A stretch of 45,927 nt of DNA from Dimargaris cristalligena (taxonomy: Eukaryota): contig ML002298.1 in the NCBI GenBank assembly GCA_003614675.1, forward strand, positions 1 to 45,927, in the 5' to 3' direction. This document shows, one piece after another, positions 34,166 to 45,927 of the stretch (its first letter is position 1; every line of letters begins with the position of its first letter). A program made the translations under genes and the position numbers. A model generated the notes under the pieces. The model was not told the DNA's origin and searched no databases. It saw only the letters and a list, made by a program, of their open reading frames with translations.

Positions 34166-34951
34166 GGGAGGCAAGGGGGGGCGTGTAGGGAAGAAGGGGT
34201 GGACGGCAGTGCCGAATGCCGGGGCTGGTGGTGTGAGGGTATGGGAAGGCCGAATGGTAGGGGAGTGAGGTTGGAGAGTAGGGAGGAATGGTGCGATAGG
34301 GCGAGGCAAAGGCAATTCAAAATTATCAATATTTATCCCGGGGGGTGTATGAATGGAAGGAGAATTACCGAGGTGCTGTAATATTGGGGGAGGGCGAGCG
34401 TAGGTTATGCGGGAAAGTTATGTGACACAAAACCTACCCTTGAGTGTATTTCTGGTCAACTGAACCCGAATTGACTAAAGGCCGCCGGGCTGGTATTCCC
34501 TTGCTTTATACGACCCCATTGTTATACTACTTTGCTAATGGGTAGGCCCGTTGCCGCTGATTTAAAACGGCGGGAATAGTTAAACCAGTTTTGTGTGTAT
34601 TCGAATCACCTCGAAATAGGCCGTGGGATTTTATCTAGGGCGAAGGGAAGCCTCCATACTAGCTGATTTAGTATGCGTATGGCTAATGATTCATTAGTGT
34701 TATCGGTTCATATCTCCAGCAACTCGGCCTTTCAGCTCCTAGTCCTTTCGTTTGAGGATCTGCCTCGTTGATTCGAATGGTATCGCCGGTGGCTGGTTCG
34801 CGAGCTCGCAGGGGTCGAACCGCATTGTATTCCAGTCCCAGTCGAGGCTACTTCGATGCGCCACCGCCTACTTGTTCATGCTCCATATCATATTAATATC
34901 GGCTCGACGAGTTTAATTAGGCCTCTCAATACACTAGCTAGACAGTCCAAT

Positions 34952-35113
34952 TGAGTCACCTAGGCTGGGCCATCACTGGTCCTTTACAGTACCATTAATA
35001 GTGGCAGGGGTGTACCCCAGCGGGCAAGGCCTGGGTCTGGGGGATATGATTGGGCGGTGACTCGCCCCACTGGACTGAAACCGCTCCCGATGACTGCTAC
35101 TCGCAACTGAGTC
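34952..35113. promoter_or_regulatory. Cluster of Gcn4/Cpc1-type bZIP sites upstream of THR1
   Basis: TGAGTCA 34952-34958, TGACTC 35058-35063 and TGAGTC 35108-35113, lying about 340-500 bp upstream of an amino-acid biosynthesis gene. Confidence 0.55.
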
Positions 35114-35455
35114 CGCTCCGTGTCATCGCCTATCTCATCATATACGCTCTTTTTTAGTATATAATTCCTAAGTGCGTTCCCCGGCTTCTTTCCCATTTTA
35201 CTTGACTATTTATTATCTAGCGGCCCTCTTTATGTCTATACGTCATCAGTGTCGTGTCCATTGTATCTTCTCAACTTGAATAGTTTGGTTCATTGAATTA
35301 CTCCTATTTTAATAGCGTTAGTTGTCGTCACACCACCGCCCCCCTTCTATTTCCCCTCATCCTGACAGTCACTTTGGTCTCAGTTGCCCTGCCTGGTTTA
35401 GCCTAACTATCCCTCCCCTCCCCTTCTCCCGCCCAGTTCGCTATATCCACCCACC

Positions 35456-36625
35456 ATGACTATTGACTCAGTACCAGACACGACCTTCGAAATCAAGGTG
35501 CCCGCTACCTCGGCCAATATCGGTCCTGGTTTCGACTCGCTGGGCCTGGCCTTCTCCCTCTACCTGTCGCTGCACGTGCGCATGTCCCAGCCCACTGCCA
35601 AGCCATTACTCATCCACACCCACTATTCAGATATTGAAGAGGTAAACGAGAACCCCACTCTGTGTGCCGTCTTTGACCGGTCCGTCACCCTCGAATACAC
35701 CGACCCCCAGAATAACCAGGGCCTGCCCCTCCGGCCCAGCCAAAACCTCATCACCAAAACCGCCTGGTATGTCCTGCGCTGCCATGGCTACCTGGCCTTC
35801 CCCCGCTTCGTGGCCATCACCGTGACCAACCCTATTCCCCTAAGCCGCGGCCTGGGTTCGTCCGGGGCCGCCGTCGTCGCGGGGGTCCTTCTGGCCAACG
35901 AGGTTGCTGGGCTCAACTTGCCCAAGGACCGCTTGCTGGACTTTGCCCTCGCCATTGAGCGTCACCCCGATAACGTGTCCGCTGCCCTGCTCGGCGGGTT
36001 TGTGGCCAGTTACCTCCGGGACGACGACACCGCCAGCAACACGAAAGCCCTGGAAGGTCCCTTCCAGCCCAACGATAAAATCAACAGCCACACCGACGCC
36101 TTTGCCCCTTCGGCGGTGGCCCCGCGGATGCCGCCCTCCCAGGTCAGTCGCCACGTGAGTCTGCCGTGGTCAGCGGGTATCCGGGCCATCACCGTGATCC
36201 CCCAGTTCCAACTCTCCACCGCCAAAGCCCGCGCGGTGCTCCCCCAGACCTACTCCCGCGCGGATTTGGTATACAATCTGCAACGTTTGGCCGTCCTCAC
36301 CCATGCGCTGGGCCAGTCGTCCCCTGACGCCAAACTTATCCACGAGGCCATGTCCGATCGCTCCCACCAACCCTACCGCGCCGACTTGGTGCCCGGTCTA
36401 CAGGTCCTCCTCACCACTATGGTGCCCGATACGACCCCCGGGCTCCTCGGTGCTTGTCTCAGCGGGGCCGGACCCACGGTGCTGATCCTGGCCAACGACC
36501 ATTTCGAGGCCATTGCCCAAAAGGCCTGCACTATCTTCGCCGAGTATAACGTCGCCACGAAATCCCTGATCCTGGATGTGATTCAGGACGGCTCCACGTG
36601 CAAACCATGCTCGGCGACCCAGTAA
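35456..36625 (+). CDS. THR1: Homoserine kinase (GHMP family)
   Basis: Motifs KVPATSANIGPGFD, PLSRGLGSSGAA, IERHPDN, HQPYRADLVPG and LSGAGPT. Confidence 0.97.
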   Translation: MTIDSVPDTTFEIKVPATSANIGPGFDSLGLAFSLYLSLHVRMSQPTAKPLLIHTHYSDIEEVNENPTLCAVFDRSVTLEYTDPQNNQGLPLRPSQNLITKTAWYVLRCHGYLAFPRFVAITVTNPIPLSRGLGSSGAAVVAGVLLANEVAGLNLPKDRLLDFALAIERHPDNVSAALLGGFVASYLRDDDTASNTKALEGPFQPNDKINSHTDAFAPSAVAPRMPPSQVSRHVSLPWSAGIRAITVIPQFQLSTAKARAVLPQTYSRADLVYNLQRLAVLTHALGQSSPDAKLIHEAMSDRSHQPYRADLVPGLQVLLTTMVPDTTPGLLGACLSGAGPTVLILANDHFEAIAQKACTIFAEYNVATKSLILDVIQDGSTCKPCSATQ

Positions 36626-37599
36626 CTTATATGTTGTTGTTGTTTTTTCAGACCCCGCTGATTGGCATCGTATCTATTATTTATATGTTGTTTTATGTGG
36701 TTAGTAGTATGTGGAATCCACCTGGATTGGTTTGCACCAGTGTTATGCAAAATGGAAAGATAAAATCGTGTCTATAGAATGTCGAGTAAATGGATCATGG
36801 TCCCCGCGGCCGGTAGAATGATGGACAGTGTGATTTGTATAATCAAGTGGTGGACGAGGAATGTGTGCTTCTCGTGGGGGGAGGGGTTGTAAATCAAAAG
36901 CGATATCGCGCCTACTATTACTTAAGTACCAAGCCTAATCGTTGACTATTCATTGCTTTGGCGGTATGTAAAAAATATAATAGCGCCCAAGCTGCTGGCG
37001 ATTTCCTAACTAGTATTGTAAAGTTAACCAATACTACTCAGTCGAAAATGCACTACATTAAAAATGTTACGAGGCGCGCTTTAGATGATATTTGTTACAG
37101 CTCAGCTCGTATCTCCTAACAGCGTAGCTATGCTGTCCACCTCTACTCATGCAGCTGTCGAATATAAATAATGGCAGACATGTGTTCTGGCAATGGGATT
37201 GAGTAGGATGTGAAAGGATTTTATATGATGGACTGCCGACCACCTCAACCTAATAGGCCTCCCATGGTTCTACTCCAAAGAAATCCACTTAAAGTGCACA
37301 GTTCCAAACTTGGTACTGTACTTAGTAAATTCTATATATACATTTTTACATTCTAGTATTCGGTAATTTATTATGTATGCAGTATGTCAGCTTACAGCTA
37401 CTGCCTAATGCTTTCGTTTTGCGCCTGGCATATGCAATTTTCAAAGGGCAGTGTGCCCCATATTTAAGCCAGCGAGCTCTTCTAGAGTACTTTTGGCTTG
37501 ACTGGGCAGTTTCATTTAACACAAGGGGCCTTCTCTCGGCTGCCCCATTAGAAAAAAAAAAGGTTGCTATGTCTCTAGTGTAACTAATATTACTCTTAC

Positions 37600-38954
37600 T
37601 TATTGCCAGATGAAAGTTTGCTCCGGATTATCGGCATACACCACCGATTCAAACCCCTGCGGCAAACCCAACTTTTCGTAGGGCACCTGGAACTCCGTTC
37701 CGACTAGGGCAAGTTCCCGATTGAGTTTCGGAGTGGAGGTCACCCCCGTTAGTTGATAGAACAGGTCCCGGTAGCACCGGGGAAAGGTCCAGGGGTGCCA
37801 CTGCGCTTTGGCCATGTGCTGCTTCACCAGCACACACACCCGGTGGGCGTGTTTCTCCGAAATGCCATGACACTGGACGTAGCCATTCAGTCGGTGGGCC
37901 AACGTACGGTGGGATTTCATCGCGGCCAAGATCAACCAGCGCAGGACCACGGTTTGGAAGAACGCCCAGTTAGAACTGGCCGGGCGTGGCAGTTCACGCA
38001 AAACCTTTAACCCCTGGGACTCATTATTGCGAAGTAGCGCCGCGGTGACGGCGTCGTCAATGGCGTAGATATAGCTGGACTCTGGATCCCAGACCAGTTG
38101 GCGAAAATAAGGCTCGGCTTCTTTGATCTGTTTAATGACCCGCACCAGATCATAGTCGTTTCCTTCGGTTTCCTGGCTCGTTTTGGACGCCAGTTGAATG
38201 AGCATATAGGAAGGGCCAAATGCACTGGCATTAACTAGCTGGCGGGCGAACTGGGGGGATGGTGCGCCATTGGTGTAGGCAGACTGAGCCACCGGATAAT
38301 CAAGTTCAATTTGTAGGTCAATACCCAAGGCCAGGTCAGGAAAGTAGTTCTCCCTAATCTGCTTCAGCATCGGGTCAATCTTGGTGTTGGGCGGTGAATG
38401 GAGGTAGTCGGACCATTCAAAAATGGCCTGTTTGTGATACAATATAGGTTTAAATGGGTAGGGGAAAGTATTTAAACATATAGTAATAATAACCGCTTAT
38501 AGTTTAGTCAAAGCTGGATTCCCCCCAAAAAACAATATGAATATATAGTCACCGGCGACAGTGCAGGCTACAGGGCCAGCTCCGAAGACTATCGCTCAAA
38601 TAGAGAGGGGGATAATGTGAACCTACATTCTCACTTAGCCATAATGGAAGTTTCTATCAAACCACCAAATATGGCCTGTACAAAACACCACCCGCCCAGT
38701 ATTGTTAATATTACCGTCATGGCCAACATCATCTATTAATTTACCTGTGAAATCATGGATACTCTATGGTATTCACGCATCTGCTCTACCGCTTCAGACC
38801 GACTGACCCGTCTCTTGCGGGACTTTCTTTGGCGTAAAGGACTGCCAAGTTGGCTAGTGTCATCGACCAAAACCCCATCCTCGTGGGTTACGGCGGTCAC
38901 ATGCCTCACAGAAATCACAAGCAACGATATGGCTAATAAGCAAGTGGCACGCAT
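37600..38954 (-). CDS. Orphan secreted protein (candidate effector); likely exons 38954-38745 and 38427-37600 (about 345 aa)
   Basis: ATG at 38954 starts signal peptide MRATCLLAISLLVISVRHVTA, followed by basic RQRKSRKRR. A phase-0 donor (CAG|GTAAAT) matches the phase-0 acceptor into the GC-rich 37600-38442 ORF. No family recognised, and the middle exon structure is uncertain. Confidence 0.6.
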
Positions 38955-40820
38955 AGTAGTCTGGAAGATGTAGATATACAGCGACAAATACCGATTCAGA
39001 TTAGATAAAGTGAATAAGAAATGTGATGGATCTACGGGAAAGTAGTTAAGGATCAGTCCGTTGCCTAGTGAGTTCATTATATAAGAAATCCATGCGCGCT
39101 CCAAGGGTGTATATTAGGCGGGGGGTGAGGGGGGATGGTAAAGAAGAGAGGGGGTGTGAGTGTCGGTGAAAGCATACGAGCCACCTTTTCTTTTATGGGC
39201 GAGTGGTTGCACGTAAGTAGGGGGACTATGGGCCCTGTATCACCATCAAACGGCCACACTGGCCGGTTTATTTAATCCCTATTTTACATTAGCCGTCTCT
39301 TTGGGGAAATTTTTGAAATAGCCTTAACTACCCTATTTAATGCCATTTTCGGACGACGGCTTCGGTATGATTTTAACTGTACAATCGGATGGATACATGA
39401 AGCTTTTGGCTGGACAGCGATTGGGTGCCAATGGGGGAATTCGTGTAACTGCGATTTTTGGATGTCCCCACATGAGTCGGACCAATAGGCTCCAAATAGA
39501 CTATAGTGAAGGGATACAGGACGGAAGCGTAAAACAAGAAATGGGGCCGAAGAGGTTGCCTGCGGGAAAGGTGAGTCAATGACTTGCGTTTTGGCTATTG
39601 CACCTTTATTTCCGGAGTATGTTGTCCTCACAAAGGACGTATTAATATCTATTGGTCGATACATTACAAATCATTCCGGTATTCAACCGCCCCTCAATTG
39701 CGAACGGGTTGCTATTATTTTACAAATAATATATGGTGTGATAAATTATCCTTGTCCCGTTTCCTATTCTCCGTAAGGCATTATTTTCTCTTACATATGT
39801 GCCTAAAGTGCTACACAACAACATGACTTAGGCAATTGAATAGAGAGTCGCTTCGTTGTTAAATACTTGTTTCTCGAGACTAAAGATTTCATTGAAAATA
39901 ATAGGATTAACAAGTATTGTAGGACAAGTCCCACTAGACAGTGTGGACGAATTATCGAGCCAGTGGCTACGCCGGAAGACACCACGACTTTGGCATGAGA
40001 AAACGGAAGTGATACCTTGTGGGGCCATCCATAGCTTGTGATTAGCGATGACCTCAGTCATAGGCCCTCATTAGATTCAAGTGCAGGTGAGTGTTCAATT
40101 ATTTTTATTATTATTATTATCTTATAAACGCGCTATACTCTGTTCTAATAGGCGGATTATTTCTTTATATATGTATAATAATAAACATGTGGTAATAAAA
40201 CGAAAATACTTGTAGGGGTATTGGGGGTTTGGATGTAATAGGGACGGGGTGGGTGTATATTCCTTACCAGTTAAAGTCGAAGTCCTGGGCCAAGAAACCA
40301 ATGCTTGAAGTACCTTTAGCTTTGCTAGGGTTAGAACGAACCGAAGGCTCCATCGCTTTGAAGTAGATTTGGTAGGATAAGACAATCCTGCAAAATTCTT
40401 GATTGTGGTCTCATCTCTCATGGTGCAACTAAAAATACGCATGTTTTCTGGGGGAGAGTTATCTTATATTTCTTAAAAATAATCACAATACAGCGAACTA
40501 TTTATTGTGAGCTGGTGTGCTTAGTATGACTGGCTAAAACCATACAAAAACTCTTTTATATTACCAGCGGTAATCGTAATGAATGATTGGTCATTTTCAG
40601 CGTGTATGCGCATAGACCCACGGTGTCTATAAGTCTGGCACCATGCATATAGCCTCCAACCTGTCCAGTCGGTTGGTATAAATAGCCGTTCCGAGAGATA
40701 CCCGCTCGGCCACCTCTCTGCTTTCTCACCCGCATTGCATTTACTGTTCAACCGATATAGTTCCTTGGGACTTTTAGCCAATTCATTCTATTCCCCTATC
40801 GCTTGTCTCCGCAAGTCTTG

Positions 40821-42264
40821 ATGGACTCTAGTGACCATTTCTCCGAATTTACTCAAACGACCCAGCCCAGCTCCTCCGTCGTATCCTACCCGCCGGCGCA
40901 TACAGGGACTGAGGCCAGTTCAAGTTTACACTCCGAATTACAGCCTTTAAGTGTCATGGAGTCCCAAGGCTCGTCCATTTCGCTATTTTCCCCCATCGAC
41001 ACCAACCCTCCCGCTGAAATGCGCACACAGGATGATGCCAGCCATAAACCACGAGAGCCTGCTACATGTGACAATAAACCGAGTATAAAGAAATCCATGG
41101 TAAGTCAGGTTGAAATACGCCTTCTCGCTATGGTCCAGCTACCTCCATCTTCCACAACAGGACACGAGTCCTGGGTTTAATAAGAGTTTGGCATATATAC
41201 TCCCCCCCCCTGTTTACTTAGGATCCGGCGATGGAGGCTATGTTGCACTATCTATCGGCGCCCCTATCCTTACCCGAGGTTTGCTCGGAAATCTTCCGCT
41301 CCGACTCCGCCGAGCCACAATCAACGACTCCACTCGGTCAAACAGAGCTGTCCACGAATCACCCAGGACAAGCTGGCCCCACAGAATGGCAGCGGGTACT
41401 TAATTACCTCCAGCAACTTCATAATGACTGGAATACCTCCCAAACATTTTTGGAGCAAATCAACGAAACTTGTCAAAACAACCATAAAACTGGCCATGAT
41501 CTACTGCACCGAATACAGACAGAATTTAAGGACAAATTAGATTGCGAAATGTCCATGCATAAGGATCGATTAGGAAGGATAGGTAAGTTATATTAAAGCC
41601 GCATGTCCACCTATTGTGGAAATCGATGTTCCAGGTTACTTTAGATATTCCTGATTATTGAGACCTACTTTACCAATTGACAATTCCTGACCAATCCATC
41701 GTGTTTATGACATTTGATGGCAATGTATACCAGCCGATGCGCTAACGGCCCACGTCACCGACTCAGCCGCTAAATTAGCTGATAAAATCCAAGCATCCAA
41801 CTACGTGACAGCCTCTAACCTAGACCAACAGGCCCTTCTCCTAAGCCAGCGCCTGGATTCCAGCCACCAATGTATTGGCAACCTTGCCCAATGTGTCCAA
41901 AATGTCACACATAGACTTGATGATGTACACCAACGGATACAAGCAATAAGCAACCAGCTGCAGACCCACGCTGCGTTAACCCAGCAGCATTTTCTGTATT
42001 TCTTTGAGGTAGGTAGGGTTTTTCCACTTCAAATTTATTTGTAGATGTACCCAATAATAATTATGATTGCCCAAAGACGGGCTTATGCGTATCTGCCCTA
42101 CAAATTAGTCGGTAAAACTGACTGGTTCACCCATACTGCCCCCAACTTAATAGAAAAATCGCGAGTACTTGGAGCAACAAAACCTTATTCTTCAGGCCAT
42201 AGTTGATATCAAGACAATGGGGATACCAACGATCCCAAAAAAGCAAACTCGGAAGGGAAAGTAA
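40821..42264 (+). CDS. Hypothetical protein with Ser/Thr-rich N-terminus, coiled coil and basic C-terminus; exons 40821-41099, 41222-41582, 41734-42008, 42154-42264 (341 aa)
   Basis: Three introns (donors GTAAGT, GTAAGT, GTAGGT) join track ORFs 40803, 41231 and 41805 in consistent phase. Heptad-like segments such as LAQCVQNVTHRLDDVHQRIQAISNQL. The last exon may splice again at GTAAGT 42261. Confidence 0.7.
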
Positions 42265-44879
42265 GTAAGAGGTCGAATTATCCATTGGCGTTGTTCGGTA
42301 TAGAAATGCCTCCGCCTAGATTTGTCTATTGTAGGAGGATGGGGGATATAGTCAAGAGTCCCGTCTATAAATAATCGAGTTTGGGGTAAACTAAATGAAT
42401 GTCTACATAAATGTCACAATTACAGATGTAACACCAGTAATCCACCGAGCTCAACGCAAGTCGGAGCAGACCCTGGGTCAGGTACCGTGGCCACGGAGAC
42501 CTCTACATCCCCATAATCTGTCTGGACGTAGCAAATATGAGGCGTATAAATAGTTCTATACCATTCCTATGATTAGGATCTGGGGCTTTCATTGCACCGC
42601 ACATTGTTATTCGTTATTGAAAATGGGTTGGTCAAGTTATTCGACAAAGGTCTTTTTGCCTTGGATTCGTGCCGGTGCTCGGTAAATTGCCGAGGTATAA
42701 CCCTTTTACTAAATAATAAATAAAGCACTACTACGCATCCCATCAAGGAAGTAGGCTTTTACACTTCGGTTCGTATGCATCACAAACAACTGGTTCGTAG
42801 TTACCACCGTACGTCATACCCAGAATCCCGTCCCTTCTGTCTCCGGTACTATATAATATGCACTAATTGAAAGACCCCAGTTCTTTAGAACGAGGCGAAA
42901 ATTGATGATAAATACCGGTCTCGACTATTTCGATACGCTATTCTACCAATTCTGGAATATGTAAGGGGTGATGGAGAGAGACAGCTACATGAGAAAAATG
43001 TAGACTTGAATGTGGAAATGGGACGAGACGACATTTCCCACGAAACATTATTTTTATAAATTATGCTAAGATTGATCAGGTTCCAGGCAACAGTGTGTCC
43101 ATTCGGCCGCTTACTATAAGACGTAGCTATGCGAGCAGTCCTACATTGTGATAAATTTTGCTACCCTGCTTCTATCAATCACCCACCTGGCACTCAGGGA
43201 CTATGAATGCCATCCTTTAATATCGATTAGAGCACTTGTAAAATACTGTTGGCCATTGTTACTTTATCTCCATCTTGATGCAGTTGCTTATACATGTGTG
43301 ATATATTGGCCAATCTACTTGGACTGTTATATATATCACTGCGGAGTTACTTTGAAATGTCTCTGGAAAGTGTTAAATGAGGTAAGTGGTATTTTTATAG
43401 CCTCGGTAGTCCAGGGTAGTCATAATAGATAGACGATGAACCCGGGACCGTCCACCAGCCGCTCGGCACGGGGATAGCCGATTCATTGTCGCTAATTTAG
43501 CAAGGTATATAACACCTGACTGTCGCCGGCCAATCCTTGAAAGACGATACGCAATACTAATCCTTTTCCTTTTCAAGGTACTCTTTGTCGATTCATTCCT
43601 AACCATTTATATTGGACAGCCGGTTGCCGCTGCAGTCATTTGTTTTTGACCCTTTCGATATATTTCGTACTAAACCTATAGCTACCCACAATTTAAACTG
43701 TCAGAGCATGTCTTTGCTGGCTGCGACTTTTGATGACAAGCTCGATTTTATCGATGCATACAGTAAGTCTACTATGATAGAATATTTGTGCGCTAGGCGT
43801 TGGCATAGTGATCCGGACAGTGTCCAACAAAATAATATTATACTATTATAACTAGCTCCTTGTCTGCCTGGTTGTCTTTATGATGTTTTAACTTTTTCAT
43901 TGGGGATAGGATGGGTTGAGTATGCTGAAATGAGTACACCATATGATCGGACCGAAGCCTTCGTCAATTCCATGGATTTCATGAGAGAGCTCGTAACCTT
44001 CATCGACGGATACGGGACGCAGAAAACCTATAGTGTCCATGACATTTTGTTTCGCTACATCGATGACTAAATGATGGGGTAAAGGGAATGCGAGAGTCAA
44101 TTTTAAATGTATTATACATGGCTTTCACACACCCGGGTACCATTCGATGTGTAGTAGCTTTTCCATTAATCAATCGAGTTTGCCTCGTGATCCATTGAGT
44201 GATATGGATTCGCATTAACCGTTCTAATGGGCAGCTACCATGGCTTCCTTACCGCTATTGTTATTTAATAAATCTTTTAGTATTCCATTCACCGAACATA
44301 ACTCAGCAATAACCTTAGATGTTTATCACGGCACCATCTCTATCATGGCTATGAATAATATTGGAATTTATCACCTGCAACAACTTACGAACTTTTCAAT
44401 CTAAATATTTTACTCAATTTTTTAATTTTGGCGCATTTATTAGGACCATTCGTGTATCCAGAATCATTTATTTTCAAACAGTGCATTGTTCCATAAATAC
44501 CTAGCTCATACTCATATATAACGGCCCCCGGGCAACATATCAATATAGCTATACCATAGTTTGGAATACCCAATTTCAAATAACCCTGTGGCTCAAATTA
44601 TAATTAGGCCAACTTCAAGAATTTCTTGCAGACTTAGTAGTCGTCGGGCATGGCTCATTCAATAGTGGACCGGCATCTAGTTCGGCCATCATTTCTAACA
44701 TACCCACCGAAATGAAAAGCAATCCAATCAGGTCTAAACTGATGGCATGCTGATGGTATTAACTCCATTCTTCCATTGTAAATGTCAGTGGAGATAGTCA
44801 GTGTTATTAATCAAGTGTAGCGAGTTTTAAATAGGTATATTAAGATTTATTAATACATTTAGGTAAGGTGGTAAGTGAG

Positions 44880-45330
44880 TTACAGAGCGAGTATAGGTTG
44901 TGGACGAATGGGGACAATAGTCATCTGGAGGACATTGTTATACCGAACTGCCCTTCTTTTTTATATCAGAGGTTAAGGTACCCGAGTAGTCAATGAGGCC
45001 GAGCAGGGATCTCTTCTATGATTGGAGTGAAGCTATCACCCTGGCTCAACTGCGGGAGTCGGCTCTGGGTTAGCCCTGGCAATAGTATCAGTCCCACCTT
45101 CTCCAGGGTGTGCCTCGGCTACGGTAGTTGTTATCCTGGCCACAGGTCTACTGCCAGAGGGTGCTTGGGTACTGCTAGGTGCCTCGGCGGCCCCTCTATT
45201 AACGTTAGCAGCTTAATTCGAGGAATTGTAGGATAATAATAAAAATAATTGGTGTTCGCAGGTAGTTGCCCTCAAGTGACCAATACCAGAAATAGGGTTG
45301 TGGGGTGCGACTAATAAATTAAATAATACC
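44880..45330 (-). pseudogene. Degraded low-complexity reading frame (possible second transition-mutated pseudogene)
   Basis: One frame reads ...HQLFLLLSYNSSN*AANVNRGAAEAPSSTQAPSG...PEPTPAVEPG**LHSNHRR...RVP*PLI*KRRAVRY... Stops: TAA 45213, TGA 45036, TAG 45033, TAA 44973, TAA 44961. Confidence 0.35.
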
Positions 45331-45927
45331 TATGGAATGTGCTTCGGCTTTTTATAATCAAATAGTGTAATGGCGATGTACAAATTCAGCTTATAATACG
45401 CCGGACGACATTACTAGGTGATAAGTTTCAATGCTGGGTAACGATGAGGGCGGGATAAATAATATGGTATATCGGATTGTGAATGGAGGGACGGAAAAAG
45501 CTGTAGGAAGATGGCTCTTCAGCGAATTCCTGCGCCTTTTTGGTTACTAAATACGGCGGCAGTAGTCTCCAGGCTTTTGTATATAAGTCACGCTATGTGC
45601 TACTAGTCTGTACCATAGCTGGTCTTTGGTAATAACATTCTCATAATTATATTAAAGGTAAATTCATATTAATGACATCGCGCATCCTCTATTTGGGAAT
45701 AAATTGTATTATAATACAGTATGATTTGATATAATAGCAACTATGCAGCACAACTAGATCCATACATCTCCGTTTAATATTCCAGGTTCTACATCGCTGG
45801 ACCGAATGTCCACCGTACGTATTGAAATTGGACTAGGTAAAAAAAAGTTGTCCTATATGTCGCCCCTCCTAATCCGTCCTAATCCAACCGATATGACCGC
45901 CGTCATATCAGGCCGTATAGCGCCATA

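Noticed and set aside
43100-44760. Possible decayed membrane-protein gene or transposon remnant
   Set aside because: Hydrophobic fragments occur in shifting frames, but I could not assemble a consistent gene model or find transposase, RT, TIR or LTR signatures.

Overview
This is eukaryotic, fungal-type genomic DNA. It has GC-rich exons with C-ending codons, GT-AG introns of about 70-700 nt and CTAAC branch points. The proteins and intron style suggest an early-diverging fungus (Zoopagomycota/Dimargaris-like), which is an inference I could not verify. The core (3.6-36.6 kb) holds housekeeping genes: TIM50, MRPL16, YTP1-like, RPS0 and RPS18 head-to-head, MPP beta, PRP31, GAR1, TAF10, ATG5, RPN5, ELP4 and THR1. 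A 3-exon secreted ricin-B lectin protein with an unknown C-terminal region is inserted among them. The right flank has an orphan secreted protein and a 4-exon coiled-coil orphan. Main observations: (1) both ends of the window carry frame-intact reading frames broken only by stops, plus a probable ATG>ATA start loss, all explicable by C>T transitions mostly at CpA, a RIP-like signature; (2) a box C/D snoRNA of the snR62/U34 type lies in the last RPS18 intron; (3) the RPS0 5'UTR intron is structured and has a second donor at the base of a stem; (4) PRP31 has a GC-AG intron; (5) TCACGTG(A) recurs in four promoters and Gcn4-type sites lie upstream of THR1. Exon boundaries were read by hand and checked for phase consistency. 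No database searches were run.
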